A stretch of 64,000 nt of DNA from Polyangiaceae bacterium (GTDB lineage: Bacteria; Myxococcota_A; Polyangia; Polyangiales; Polyangiaceae). The stretch is taken from NCBI GenBank assembly GCA_020633235.1, contig JACKEA010000011.1, forward strand, positions 7,979 to 71,978. The letters run 5' to 3'. The notes under the pieces were generated by a model that was not told the DNA's origin, did not search any database, and saw only the letters and a list, made by a program, of their open reading frames with translations. This document shows positions 52,598-62,552 of this stretch, in pieces; the stretch's first letter is position 1; every line of letters begins with the position of its first letter. Made by a program: the position numbers and the translations under genes.

Positions 52598-54220
52598 GTG
52601 AGGGGAAGCGACCTGGAATACGGGCGCCGATGCCATGCACAGCGGCGCTGGGCGGAAGCTTTCGACGCGCTGTCACGCGCGGATCGGAGCGAGCCACTCG
52701 CAGCCGACGACCTGGAGCGGCTCGGCCTTTCGGCGGCCCTCTCCGGGCGAGATCCGGAATGGCTGGCCACGCTGGAGCGCTTGTACCGAACGTACCTGGA
52801 AGCGAGGCAATGTGCCCGAGCGGCCCGCGCGGCCTTCTGGCTGGCCACTCGCTTGGCCGCGTTGGGGGAAATGGGGCGAGCGGGCGGCTGGCTCGGGCGG
52901 GCCGAGCGACTGGTCGAGGACAACGACGGCGACTGTGTCGAGCGCGGCTACCTCTTGGTGCCGGCGACGTACCGCACGGCGACTACCGGGGACGGCGCAC
53001 AGGCGCACGCCTTGGCCGTGCGCATCACGGAGATCGGCAAGAGCTTTGGCGATGCGGATCTGATGGCCTTGGGCTGCTATCTCCAAGGCCGCGCTTTGGC
53101 ACAGCAAGGGCGCGTTGCCGAGAGCCTCGCGCTGTTGGACGAAGCCATGGTTGCGACCACCACGGGCGAGCTGTCACCGGTGATCACAGGGATTGTGTAC
53201 TGCGGTGGCATCGCCACGTGCCAGAAGGTGTATGCCCTCGAGCGAGCGCGGGAATGGACTGGGGCGTTGGCAGAGTGGTGTGCCGCGCAGCCCCAGCTGG
53301 TGACGTTCACGGGGAGCTGCTTGGTGCATCGGGCCGAAGTCCTGCAGATGGAGGGCGCGTGGGCGGAATCCTTCGAGGAGGCGCGTAAGGCCGAGGAACG
53401 CTTCACCGGCAAGCCGGATCCGGAGGCCGTCGCGGACGCCTGCTACCAGCAGGGCGAGATCCACAGGTTGAGAGGAGAGTACGGTGAAGCGGAACGCGCC
53501 TACGAAAGTGCGAGCGCACACGGGCGCGAGCCCCAACCGGGGTTGGCCTTGCTTCGACTGGCCCAAGGGGATCGGAGTACTGCCCTGAGCTCCGTCCAGC
53601 GCGTGCTGGATGGCACGAAAGACATGCTGACGCGGGCGCGATACCTGCCCGCGTGTATCGAGATATCGCTTGCGGCGGGCGAGCTACCCCGGGCACAGAG
53701 CGCGCTTTCCGAGCTCGAGCGCGTCGCCGAGAGCTTCGACACCCAAGTCTTGCGTGCGATGACCGCAGACTGTCGTGGTGCGGTGCGGTTGGCGGAGGGC
53801 GACGCCGGCGCCGCGCTCGAACCGCTGCGTCAGGCGTTGCGGGCGTGGCTCGCCATCGACGCGCCCTATCTGGCGGCCCGTACGCGGGTGCTGCTCGCGT
53901 CGGCCTGCCAAGCGCTTCGGGATCAGGATGGCGTTCGCCTCGAGCTGGCAGCCGCGCGAGAAACCTTCGAGCGTTTGGGAGCGACCCGGGACCTGGCGGG
54001 GCTTTTGGAACGAGGGCGTCGTTCGTCGCACGGACTCACGCCACGGGAGCTCGAGGTCTTGCGGCACGTGGCGCGTGGAGAGACCAACAAGGCCATCGCA
54101 CGAGAGCTGTGCCTGAGTGAGAAGACCATCGACCGGCATGTGAGCAACATCTTCGAGAAGACCCAGGTTGCATCGCGCGCGGCAGCGACGGCATTTGCCT
54201 ACGAAAACGGATTGATCTGA
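52598..54220 (+). CDS. LuxR-family transcriptional regulator with TPR-like helical sensor region
   Basis: The C-terminal HTH is LTPRELEVLRHVARGETNKAIARELCLSEKTIDRHVSNIFEK. A long helical-repeat region lies N-terminal to it. Confidence 0.85.
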   Translation: MRGSDLEYGRRCHAQRRWAEAFDALSRADRSEPLAADDLERLGLSAALSGRDPEWLATLERLYRTYLEARQCARAARAAFWLATRLAALGEMGRAGGWLGRAERLVEDNDGDCVERGYLLVPATYRTATTGDGAQAHALAVRITEIGKSFGDADLMALGCYLQGRALAQQGRVAESLALLDEAMVATTTGELSPVITGIVYCGGIATCQKVYALERAREWTGALAEWCAAQPQLVTFTGSCLVHRAEVLQMEGAWAESFEEARKAEERFTGKPDPEAVADACYQQGEIHRLRGEYGEAERAYESASAHGREPQPGLALLRLAQGDRSTALSSVQRVLDGTKDMLTRARYLPACIEISLAAGELPRAQSALSELERVAESFDTQVLRAMTADCRGAVRLAEGDAGAALEPLRQALRAWLAIDAPYLAARTRVLLASACQALRDQDGVRLELAAARETFERLGATRDLAGLLERGRRSSHGLTPRELEVLRHVARGETNKAIARELCLSEKTIDRHVSNIFEKTQVASRAAATAFAYENGLI

Positions 54221-54224
54221 GGGA

Positions 54225-54252
54225 CATGGGTGAAACCACCCATGCTGATTTT
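54225..54252 (+). terminator. probable intrinsic terminator
   Basis: CATGGGTG-aaac-CACCCATG hairpin followed by CTGATTTTC. It lies 5 nt after the LuxR-family gene stop. Confidence 0.5.
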
Positions 54253-54320
54253 CGCGAAATTGGGGGACCTGCCCGAAGCGCCGATCGAGGCCGAACCTTA
54301 CGGTGCCCGAGGAGGTACCG

Positions 54321-55472
54321 ATGGGAAAGGAACTGTTCGAGGCCGGTGAGGCGCTGCGTGAGCTCGCCGACACGCACTACGACGTGATCGTGATTGGTGG
54401 GGGACAGGCTGGTTTGAGCGTGGGGCATCATCTCGCGAGGCGGGGGCTTCGTTTCGTGATTCTGGAGAGCAACGACCGCGTCGGTGATAGCTGGCGAAAA
54501 CGCTGGGACTCCCTGACGCTCTTCACGCCGGCGCGCTTCGACGCCCTGCCGGGACTTCCGTTCCCCGGGGACCCTGCCTCGTTTCCCAGCAAGGATGCGA
54601 TGGCTGACTACCTCGAGCAGTACGCCCGCCACTTCCGCCTGCCGGTGCGCACCGGCGCACGGGTGTCACGGTTGTCCATGCAGGGCTCCGGTTACCGCGT
54701 GGAGCTGGAACGCGAGGTGTTGGAGGCGGACCAAGTGGTGATCGCGATGGCGGGCTATCAGCAGCCAAGGGTGCCGGCCCTCGCTGCCGAGCTCGACGAC
54801 TCCGTCGTTCAGATGCACTCCTCCGAGTACCGGAGTCCGGCTCAGCTCGCGCCCGGTAGCGTGCTGGTCGTGGGAGCAGGAAACTCTGGCGCGGAGATCG
54901 CCTTGGAACTGGCTCGCGCCGGCTTCGCCACGACCCTCGCGGGGCGCGACGTGGGCCAGCTCCCGTTTCGGGTCGGCGGGCTGTGGGGGCGGCTGTTGTT
55001 GGTACGGTTGGTCTTGCGGGTGATCTTTCATCGAATCGTGACCGTGCGCACGCCCATCGGACGAGCGATGCGTCCGACCGTGCTCCGCCACAGCGGGCCG
55101 CTGATTCGCACCAAGTGGGCAGACCTCGAGGCTGTGGGTGTGGTGCGGGCGCCGAGGGTTTCGGGGGTGCGTGACGGCTTGCCGCTGTTGGAGGACGGAA
55201 GCCGCGGGAACGCGGACAACGTGATCTGGTGCACGGGCTACGACGCGGGCTTCTCCTGGGTCGACTTGCCAATCTTCGACGAAGACGGGAGGCCAGAGCA
55301 CGAAAGTGGTGTCGCGACGCGGGCTCCCGGCTTGTACTTCGTCGGGCTCACGTTCCTGCATTCCTTGTCGTCGTCCATGGTGCACGGCGTTGGACGAGAC
55401 GCCGCTCGTGTCGTGAGCAAGATCGGCGCACGAGCCCGCGCCCATCACTCGGGCTTGCAGGCTTCGGCGTGA
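54321..55472 (+). CDS. FAD/NAD(P)-binding oxidoreductase (flavin-containing monooxygenase-like)
   Basis: GAGGAGG lies 6 nt upstream of ATG 54321. Dinucleotide motifs are VIVIGGGQAGLS and VLVVGAGNSGAEIA. Confidence 0.85.
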   Translation: MGKELFEAGEALRELADTHYDVIVIGGGQAGLSVGHHLARRGLRFVILESNDRVGDSWRKRWDSLTLFTPARFDALPGLPFPGDPASFPSKDAMADYLEQYARHFRLPVRTGARVSRLSMQGSGYRVELEREVLEADQVVIAMAGYQQPRVPALAAELDDSVVQMHSSEYRSPAQLAPGSVLVVGAGNSGAEIALELARAGFATTLAGRDVGQLPFRVGGLWGRLLLVRLVLRVIFHRIVTVRTPIGRAMRPTVLRHSGPLIRTKWADLEAVGVVRAPRVSGVRDGLPLLEDGSRGNADNVIWCTGYDAGFSWVDLPIFDEDGRPEHESGVATRAPGLYFVGLTFLHSLSSSMVHGVGRDAARVVSKIGARARAHHSGLQASA

Positions 55473-56998
55473 CCGAGCTTGCAGGCCTTTTCGATCAGGG
55501 CGGCGCCGCGCTCCTTGTCTTCGGGCACGTCGATGCCCCAATCCAGCGCCCTGCCAGCCGAGTAACACGCCTCCGCGTCGCCCAGCTCACAACCACGCTC
55601 CCACGCTTCGAGGGCCTTGTCGTCGTCCTCGCTGCCGGAGATACCGAGGCTGTAGTCGGTGCCCAGCTCGCGACAGGCTCTGGCCTGGTTGGCGCGGCAG
55701 TCGCGCTTCACTTGCGCGAACTCGAGGGCGACGGAAACTGAGATTACGGTCATCAGGGCGGCGACACCGAGGGCGACGAAAGAGCCTGCGGCGCCGAGGA
55801 GCGCATTCCGGACCTCGCGCCGCCGCTGGGTGAGCAACGCCTCGAGGCCGAGGGCGTGCTCGCGAAGCGGGCGAACGGCGGGGCGTAGATCGATGCCGAG
55901 CACGTTGTCCGCCCCGCAGTAGCCGCAGACGCTGACCAAAGATTGCGTTTCTGCGAGTCCCGCGCCACAGCAGCGACACGCCGACGGCTGGCCCGGCGCG
56001 GCTGGGGCGCGAGCGCCAAAGGCCGATGCAAGCAGGGTGAGCGCGCGTCGCTTGGCGAAGGCGCCGCGGGCCAGCAAGAGGGCGAACAGCGACCACGCGA
56101 CGCCGGCGAACAGTGCCCAACCCACGTCGAAGCCGCCGATGTCCCCCAGGCCCGTGAGCGCCAAGCCCCCGAGCACGACCAGCCAGCCCACCCCGCAGAA
56201 GACCAACGCCAAGAGCAAGATGAAGCTCGCGAAGCGTGCGCCGGGCTGCGACAAGAGCGCGCGAACGTTGGCTTCGATGTCGCCATGGGCTCGCTTTACG
56301 TGGGCTTTCGCTTGGACTCGCTCGCGAAGCTCAACGGGGACTGGCGTCCATCGGCCGCAATGGCGACAGCATACCTGCTCGCTTTCCGGAATCGAGAGCG
56401 GCGCGCCGCAGCCCGCGCACGAGAGTACGTGCGCCGGGCCGTGCAGCGCCGGAGGTGCATCTGCCAGACTCGCGATCTTGGCCTGTAGCGTGCCGAACAA
56501 GGCGTCGAGCGAACGCTGCTCGTCGGGATGCTCGGCTTCGGCCAGCTGGAGCCGGCGGCCGTCGCGCGTCGCGAGCGTGAGCCGTCGAACGGGAACCCGC
56601 GTGTCGGGCATCGATTCGCGGTCCGACGACAACAGCCGGAACACCACGAAAGCCAGTACCAGCTCGAAGGTCAGGCGCGGCTCCCGTACCGTTTCCACCG
56701 TGGTGCCGCTCGCGTCGAGATCGGAGAACGCGAACTGGGCTCCGTGCTGCCGACCCCCTTCGAAGCGCACGCCGTGCTCGTCGATCAGTGCGTCGCTCGG
56801 CCGGCTGCGCCATGCATGGCGCACCTGCAACAGGGCGTACACCACCAGGAACAACCCCGGGACGAGCCAGAGCGAGCGACCCTCGCCAGTAACGCCGGCG
56901 ACAGAAAACACCACGCCCGGCGCCAGCGCGAACGCCACCCGGGCGAGGCTCCACAGGGAGCTGGTTCCGACCTGACTCGGCAACCGAACGCTCGCCAT
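55445..56998 (-). CDS. polytopic membrane protein with zinc-ribbon-like CxxC pairs and C-terminal Sel1-like repeats
   Basis: Several TM segments. CxxC pairs are CAGCG...CRHCG and CRCCG...CGYCG. The C-terminus has ...ACRELG...GCELGDAEAC...ACKLGHAEAC. Confidence 0.6.
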   Translation of the reverse strand: MASVRLPSQVGTSSLWSLARVAFALAPGVVFSVAGVTGEGRSLWLVPGLFLVVYALLQVRHAWRSRPSDALIDEHGVRFEGGRQHGAQFAFSDLDASGTTVETVREPRLTFELVLAFVVFRLLSSDRESMPDTRVPVRRLTLATRDGRRLQLAEAEHPDEQRSLDALFGTLQAKIASLADAPPALHGPAHVLSCAGCGAPLSIPESEQVCCRHCGRWTPVPVELRERVQAKAHVKRAHGDIEANVRALLSQPGARFASFILLLALVFCGVGWLVVLGGLALTGLGDIGGFDVGWALFAGVAWSLFALLLARGAFAKRRALTLLASAFGARAPAAPGQPSACRCCGAGLAETQSLVSVCGYCGADNVLGIDLRPAVRPLREHALGLEALLTQRRREVRNALLGAAGSFVALGVAALMTVISVSVALEFAQVKRDCRANQARACRELGTDYSLGISGSEDDDKALEAWERGCELGDAEACYSAGRALDWGIDVPEDKERGAALIEKACKLGHAEACKPE

Positions 56999-57103
56999 GG
57001 TCCTTGAATATCACTTCTCGCGACGAAACCGCATGACGTGCTTCACGAGGGTGCCGCTACGGCACGATGACACCCTGTGCGCGGTCTTGCTACTGCTTGG
57101 ACC

Positions 57104-58069
57104 ATGGCGAGTCACGCTCGGAACGCTGCGATCGCGCTCATGGTCCTTGCCTTCGGTGTTGGTTGCAAGCCGGCGAAGAAGGCAGAGGGCGCCGCTTCCG
57201 ATGCGGCGTCCGCGCCGACCGCCGATGCGACTTCACCGCTGCCTGACGGCCCGGTACCTCAGGGTGTGTTTCCGAGCACGGCGGTGGGCGCCACCAGCGC
57301 GCAGCTGACGATAGCGGGCGCGAAGCGCAGCGTTGCGCTCTACCTGCCCGCGAAGCGAGCCGCAAAGCCGGCGCTGGTGATCGTGTGTCATGGTACCGAC
57401 GGCGACGCCGCGGAGCAGCTGACAGAAGCCGGCGGCGAAAAGCTCGCCGATAGCGAGGGGCTGGTGGTCGCTGCGCCGCAAGCGCGGGTGATGCCGCAGG
57501 CGGACTGGGATCAACACACCGCGGGGCAGACCTTCTTCGAGACCTATCCGAAGGTGACCCTGGAGACCAACGTGGACCTGCAGCTCGTGGCAGCGATCAT
57601 CGCGGAAGCCAAGGCGGCTTACGGAATCGACGAGCGCCGAGTGTACGTCGCGGGCTTCTCCAACGGTGCGTTCTTCGCTCAGTTCGTTGCCATGGCGCTT
57701 CACGATCGGGTCGCGGCCTTCGCCTCCAAGTCCGGAGGTCTGGTGCGTTGCGATACGACCGACGTGTGCACTTTCTCGGGCACGGGCACGAGCTGCGCTG
57801 CGCTCGCACAGCAGGCGGACTGGTGCTCCTGCAGTGGCACCGAGAAGCCGGGCCCCATCGCAACGAGCGGCTACAAGCCCGCGGCCTATGTGGTCCACGC
57901 CGCAGACGATGGCACCGTGTCGCCCTACTACAGCTGTCAGCTTGCGGACCGCCTGAAGTCCTTGGGCTACGACGTTCAGCTGAGCATCCTCGCGACGGGC
58001 GGGCACGAATGGGGGACGGACTTCCTGCCAACCGCGTGGCCCTTCCTCTCGAAGCACAGCATGCCGTAG
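57104..58069 (+). CDS. alpha/beta-hydrolase lipoprotein (PHB depolymerase / esterase family)
   Basis: Lipobox AFGVGC. The nucleophile elbow GFSNGA and LVIVCHG are also present. Confidence 0.75.
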   Translation: MASHARNAAIALMVLAFGVGCKPAKKAEGAASDAASAPTADATSPLPDGPVPQGVFPSTAVGATSAQLTIAGAKRSVALYLPAKRAAKPALVIVCHGTDGDAAEQLTEAGGEKLADSEGLVVAAPQARVMPQADWDQHTAGQTFFETYPKVTLETNVDLQLVAAIIAEAKAAYGIDERRVYVAGFSNGAFFAQFVAMALHDRVAAFASKSGGLVRCDTTDVCTFSGTGTSCAALAQQADWCSCSGTEKPGPIATSGYKPAAYVVHAADDGTVSPYYSCQLADRLKSLGYDVQLSILATGGHEWGTDFLPTAWPFLSKHSMP

Positions 58070-58151
58070 CTCCAGCCTGCGCCGGATTCGCCTTCAGTCC
58101 CCCGAGCTTCGGCCGTTCAAGTGTTCGGCGCACGCCGAAAGGGGTGAGGTA

Positions 58152-58559
58152 ATGGCACTGTTTGCATGGAAGGACGAATACTCGGTCAAGGTCCCCTCGA
58201 TCGATGTTCAGCACAAGAAGCTGGTGGAGCTCCTGAACGAGCTGCACGAAGCCATGACGCAGGGGAAGAGCACGGAGCATCTCGGGCACGTCCTTGGTGG
58301 GCTCATCAAGTACACCGCGGAGCACTTTGCGTATGAAGAGAAGCTCTTCGCTCAATCTGGATATCCCCACGCAAAAGAACACAAGCTCGAGCACGAGCGT
58401 CTGAAGAAGCAGGTCCTCGACTTTCAAAAGAAGTTCACCTCCGGTGAGGCTCGCATCAGCATCGAGCTCCTGAGGTTTCTGAAAGACTGGACGAGCAACC
58501 ACATCCTGGGTTCCGACAAGCGTTACAGCGCGCATCTCGTGCAAGCGAACGTTCGCTGA
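58152..58559 (+). CDS. bacteriohemerythrin
   Basis: WKDEYSVKVPSIDVQHKKLVELLNELHEA..., HFAYEE, EHKLEH, WTSNHILGSDKRY (His/Glu/Asp iron ligands). Confidence 0.9.
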   Translation: MALFAWKDEYSVKVPSIDVQHKKLVELLNELHEAMTQGKSTEHLGHVLGGLIKYTAEHFAYEEKLFAQSGYPHAKEHKLEHERLKKQVLDFQKKFTSGEARISIELLRFLKDWTSNHILGSDKRYSAHLVQANVR

Positions 58560-59240
58560 CTACCTGAGCTCCGCCGCCTGGAAGGGCGGCTCGGGAAGCC
58601 TGCCGCCGCGGATAAGGATCCGGAGCAGCTGCCTCTCGACGTCGGCGATGCCGCCCTGCGCCTCCAAGTACGGAAGCAGCAGGTGGCCGAGCACGATCAT
58701 CCGAAACTGCTCGCCGAGCTCCCCTGCCGGCACTGCCAGCCCGCTCTGGGCCCAGCCGCAGCTGCGGTACACCTTCGCTGTCGTTTCGCGGGGCGGCGCT
58801 TCGAAGCGGCTCATGGCAGTGCGCGCTTCCCCACTCGCAGTGCACACCCTCTGCCACACGGGCGCGAGCGCCGGATCGTCCAGCGCCTCGAACAAGATGC
58901 GCGTGCGCTTGTCGGCCGTTTCGGGCGCGCCGGCCACGAACAGCGCCACGAGCGCCGGCTTTGGGATGCGCCCGCTCTCCGTCTCGTACAAGAGCTCCGC
59001 TGCGGTCTTCACCCGCACGGACCGATCTTGCTGGCGCAACACGATGGGGAGCATCTCTTCCGCTTTGAGCTCGGCCTGCGGTGACATGCCCGTCGCCTTC
59101 GCGGGGGGCGCGGGCGGCGGGGCCGCGGAGGGCGCTTCCGACGCGACGGGAGCGGGCGCGCGTACGGGCGCCGGAGCCGGGGCACGCGCCGGAGCGGGCG
59201 AACACGCGACGAAAGCGACGGCCAGGGCGAAGAGACGCAT
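58560..59240 (-). CDS. lipoprotein, function unknown
   Basis: ATG 59240 (MRLFALAVAFVAC), a Pro/Ala-rich linker, then a helical domain. Confidence 0.6.
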   Translation of the reverse strand: MRLFALAVAFVACSPAPARAPAPAPVRAPAPVASEAPSAAPPPAPPAKATGMSPQAELKAEEMLPIVLRQQDRSVRVKTAAELLYETESGRIPKPALVALFVAGAPETADKRTRILFEALDDPALAPVWQRVCTASGEARTAMSRFEAPPRETTAKVYRSCGWAQSGLAVPAGELGEQFRMIVLGHLLLPYLEAQGGIADVERQLLRILIRGGRLPEPPFQAAELR

Positions 59241-59301
59241 GCCCCACCGTAACGCACGTCGTCGCGCGACGGGCATCGCGCCGAGCCAACAAGAAAAACC
59301 G

Positions 59302-60450
59302 TCAGCGGCTGAGAGCGACGGCCTCGGGCTTTTCGGGCGCGCGCAACGTGGCCCACACGTCTTCGGCGCCACATCCGAAGCGATCCGTCACGGCCTTTTC
59401 GATGGGCACGACGTTCACGTTGCCGTCCTTGTCCATGCGTTCGAGGGCGGACTTCAGGGCGTCGTGGCGGATGTAGTCGTGGATCAGGATCACGCCGCCC
59501 TTCTGGGAGAAGCGCCGGAGATTTCCGGTGAGGAAGCCGTAGTCGTGCTTGCGCTGCTGGTCGGCGTCGCCGGATTCCCCGCTCCACATCACGTTGATGA
59601 GCTTGGCGCGGCTGAGCGCGGTTTCGTACAGCACCTTGTGGGGCGCGTCCGACATACCGAGGTAGGGCGTGCCTGCCGGCGGACGCGAGTACACCAAGGC
59701 GTAGGGCCGGTGCTCCTGCGAGTAACCGCGCTCGGAGAGGATCTGCGCGTGACGCTCGGCAAACGCGCGCCAGTCCGTGCGCAGGGAGCTGGCCGACAGA
59801 TAGGTTCCCGACTTCTTCTGGAACACTCGCTCGAACATGCGATCGAAATCGTCGTCCGAGCGCGCGAGCAGGGCGATCTCGATCAGGATGCGCGTCGTCT
59901 CGTGCTGACCGCGGATGTACTCCACGCTGCGCTCGGTGATGCCGCGCTTGGCCATGCCCACGTCGTGGTTGTAGGTGTGGGAGCCGAGGGTATGGCCTTC
60001 GGCAATCATGCGTTGCACCAGGCGATAGGTGTCGCGGCGGATGTTGTGTCCCACCAGGAAGAACGTGGCCGGGAAGTGATGCTTCTGGAGCAGGTCGAGC
60101 ACCTTCGGCGTGATGCTGGGATGCGGACCGTCGTCGAAGGTGAGCACGACCTCGCCTTTGGGCCACTCGTCACCGGAGTAGAAACCGGCCGGGCTGTCCT
60201 TGGGTGCATCTAGATGGCAGCTCGGCGCGGAACCTCGCGGTTCGACCCCAGGCTGCGGAGCTGAAAGAGCGCTCACCTTCTGGACCGGCGGCGCCGGCAC
60301 GGCGGCGGTGACGGGCGCGCGGGCCACGGCGGCTTCCGTCTTTCGAACTAGGGCGTCGATGAGGGGCGGGGTCGCCGCGGGGGGCAGCGGAGCGTTTGCA
60401 GCGCAGCCCACGGAGGCCAGCAGGAGCAGCAGGGGGATCTTCTTCATCAC
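59302..60450 (-). CDS. polysaccharide deacetylase (NodB homology) lipoprotein
   Basis: Lipobox LLASVGC. NodB motifs are TFDDGPH, FFLVGHN and GHTLGSHTYNH. Confidence 0.85.
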   Translation of the reverse strand: MMKKIPLLLLLASVGCAANAPLPPAATPPLIDALVRKTEAAVARAPVTAAVPAPPVQKVSALSAPQPGVEPRGSAPSCHLDAPKDSPAGFYSGDEWPKGEVVLTFDDGPHPSITPKVLDLLQKHHFPATFFLVGHNIRRDTYRLVQRMIAEGHTLGSHTYNHDVGMAKRGITERSVEYIRGQHETTRILIEIALLARSDDDFDRMFERVFQKKSGTYLSASSLRTDWRAFAERHAQILSERGYSQEHRPYALVYSRPPAGTPYLGMSDAPHKVLYETALSRAKLINVMWSGESGDADQQRKHDYGFLTGNLRRFSQKGGVILIHDYIRHDALKSALERMDKDGNVNVVPIEKAVTDRFGCGAEDVWATLRAPEKPEAVALSR

Positions 60451-60533
60451 ACCCCGGCTACGGAGATCCGTGACGCTTTCTCCGGGATTTTCCGCGTGTC
60501 ACGGATCGGCGTACAAGCGGATCCGGACTCCGA

Positions 60534-61184
60534 ATGGCCCCCGCTCCCGATAGCTCCAAGGCGCGCGACGACGCCGAGCTCCTGGCTCGCGTGGCCACCG
60601 CGGATCCGGGCGTGGCGCATCGAGCGCAGGCGGAGCTGTACGCGCGGCACGTGCGCTACCTGTACGGTGCCGTGCAGCGGCACCGACAGAACCTGCTGCG
60701 CGTCGCCGGAGTGAGCCCGGAAGATCTGGTGCAGGAGACGTTTCGTCGAGCCTTCGAGCGTGCGCACACGTTCCAGCGGGGCGAGGTGAACGATGACGAC
60801 CACCTGCGGCGCCGCACGCGCGCGTGGCTCGGGCGCATTGCCCAGAACCTGCTGGCGGACTACCTGAACCGCGTGCGCGAGGTGTCGGCGACACCCTACC
60901 TGGAGCGGCTCTCGTGCGATGGCATCGACGACGAGCCGTCGACCTCGCCGGAGCTGGAGCTGATGCGACGAGCGCTGGGAGAGCTCACGGAGCGCGAGCG
61001 GGACGTGCTGCGGGTGACGGCGCTCTACCTGCGCGCGGGAGACAACCAACGCTTGCCCAACGCGGTGAGCGCAGAGCTGGCCCAACGCTGGGGCACCAAC
61101 AGCGACAACATCCGCGCGATTCGCAGCCGCGCCATGAAGAAGCTCAAGAGCTTCGTGGCGGAGCGACGAGAGGAGGCTCCATGA
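60534..61184 (+). CDS. ECF-type RNA polymerase sigma factor
   Basis: Region 2 is EDLVQETFRRAFER...WLGRIAQNLLADYL. Region 4 is LTERERDVLRV...AELAQRWGTNSDNIRAIRSRAMKKL. Confidence 0.85.
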   Translation: MAPAPDSSKARDDAELLARVATADPGVAHRAQAELYARHVRYLYGAVQRHRQNLLRVAGVSPEDLVQETFRRAFERAHTFQRGEVNDDDHLRRRTRAWLGRIAQNLLADYLNRVREVSATPYLERLSCDGIDDEPSTSPELELMRRALGELTERERDVLRVTALYLRAGDNQRLPNAVSAELAQRWGTNSDNIRAIRSRAMKKLKSFVAERREEAP

Positions 61185-62287
61185 GCCGAGACGAAGAGCT
61201 CGAAGAGCTGGTGGCGGACGCGCTGGCGCGCGAGGGCGAGCTGATCCCCACCACGGAGTCCGAGGTGCTGTGGGCCGAAGACGCCGGCGTGGAGCACGAT
61301 GGCCCGCTGCCTGAAGCTCTCGCGGAATATCGTCCGGAGCGCGACAACGTGGTGCCCATTGGCCGGGGTCGGCGCATGGCCACACACGCGCTGGCGGCAG
61401 TGCTCGGTGCGGCCGCGGCGGCGGCGCTCTTGCTCTGGCGCCAAGGGCAAGTGCCGACGACCACGCTGCCCGCGGGGGAGTCCGCCACGGCGAAGCCGGA
61501 CGCCGCACCGCCACCCGAGCCGGAGGTCACCGTGGCGCTGTCGGAGAGCTGCCCCACGGCGTGCTGCGCCGGCGCGCGCTGCGCGCTGGCCAAGCCGGAA
61601 CTTTCCCAGTGCAGCTCTGGGCGGAGCTGCGTCGCGTGTGCCGCTCAGGAGCTGCAGAAGACGCGCTATCGCGTGCGCCTCAGCGGGCTCGCCCTCAGTG
61701 GGGAAGGCCAAGCCCTGCGCGATGGACTCCACGTTTCCAAGCTGGAGCTGTGCGTCCGTGCGGGGAGCTCCGCGCTCACCTGCGCCCCCGCTCACGCCGC
61801 GGCAGATGGCGAGCAGCAGTGGACCGTGTTGCCCCTGGTGATCTCTGCGCAGGACGCCGTCGCGGGCTTCGAGCTCCAGGTGCGCCCCGCCGGCGTGGAG
61901 AAGCCGCTCGCCCGCTGGCAGAGCCCGGTGCTGATCAACGCCACGCTGCTCTGCAACGGCCTCTCGCCGCGCCCCAAGACCGACAAGGGCGACGTCTTCG
62001 GCTCCGTGAGCGTGTTCCTGGACGACACCCACTACGTGGAGGTCGCCCGCGCCGCGGGGGTGGAGTCGCTCTTGAAGGACGCCGAGCGCATCCACCTCAC
62101 GGGTGCCGTGCTGGACGTGTACGAGACGGAAAAGCCCGGCGCCGAGCACTTCGCCCTGGTGGTAGGGCCCATGGCCGAGACCCAGGCGGAGAAGCTCCGC
62201 TGGTCGCTGCTCGACGCCGGGGTCGAGGCGCGGGTGGTCCTGGGCGGGGATCACGTCGGGGCACCGCGACCGGTCTCGCGTCCCTGA
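61181..62287 (+). CDS. putative anti-sigma factor (single TM, Cys-rich extracytoplasmic domain)
   Basis: ATGA overlap with the sigma gene. TM segment is ALAAVLGAAAAAALLLW. This is the 3' part of track ORF 60824..62287. Confidence 0.65.
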   Translation: MSRDEELEELVADALAREGELIPTTESEVLWAEDAGVEHDGPLPEALAEYRPERDNVVPIGRGRRMATHALAAVLGAAAAAALLLWRQGQVPTTTLPAGESATAKPDAAPPPEPEVTVALSESCPTACCAGARCALAKPELSQCSSGRSCVACAAQELQKTRYRVRLSGLALSGEGQALRDGLHVSKLELCVRAGSSALTCAPAHAAADGEQQWTVLPLVISAQDAVAGFELQVRPAGVEKPLARWQSPVLINATLLCNGLSPRPKTDKGDVFGSVSVFLDDTHYVEVARAAGVESLLKDAERIHLTGAVLDVYETEKPGAEHFALVVGPMAETQAEKLRWSLLDAGVEARVVLGGDHVGAPRPVSRP

Positions 62288-62402
62288 GGCCGGGATATTC
62301 GTCGGCCCGGGTCGTCCGGAATGGGTTGCAGGTGCTCGACGGCCCGCTTCACACCGCCTTGGCGCGGAGGGTGGCAAACGCGACGCCACCCTGGGTGCGC
62401 AC

Positions 62403-62552
62403 CTGATCGGCGCAGGCTGGCGGTACGCTGAGCTGGCCGAGAACTGCGGTGGTTCAGTGAACGCGCTTCGGGTCCAGGCGATGCGCCTGCGTCGCGACCT
62501 TCGCGAGCGCTACGCGTGCCTTGCCGAGGTCCTCCAGGGAGCCGCCGCGTAG
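62403..62552 (+). pseudogene. orphan fragment resembling sigma-70 region 4 (no start codon, no regions 2/3)
   Basis: The frame reads ...LIGAGWRYAELAENCGGSVNALRVQAMRLRRDLRERY...* (stop TAG 62550-62552). This follows the pattern SYxEIAxxLGxSxGTVKSRLxRARxxL. Confidence 0.3.
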
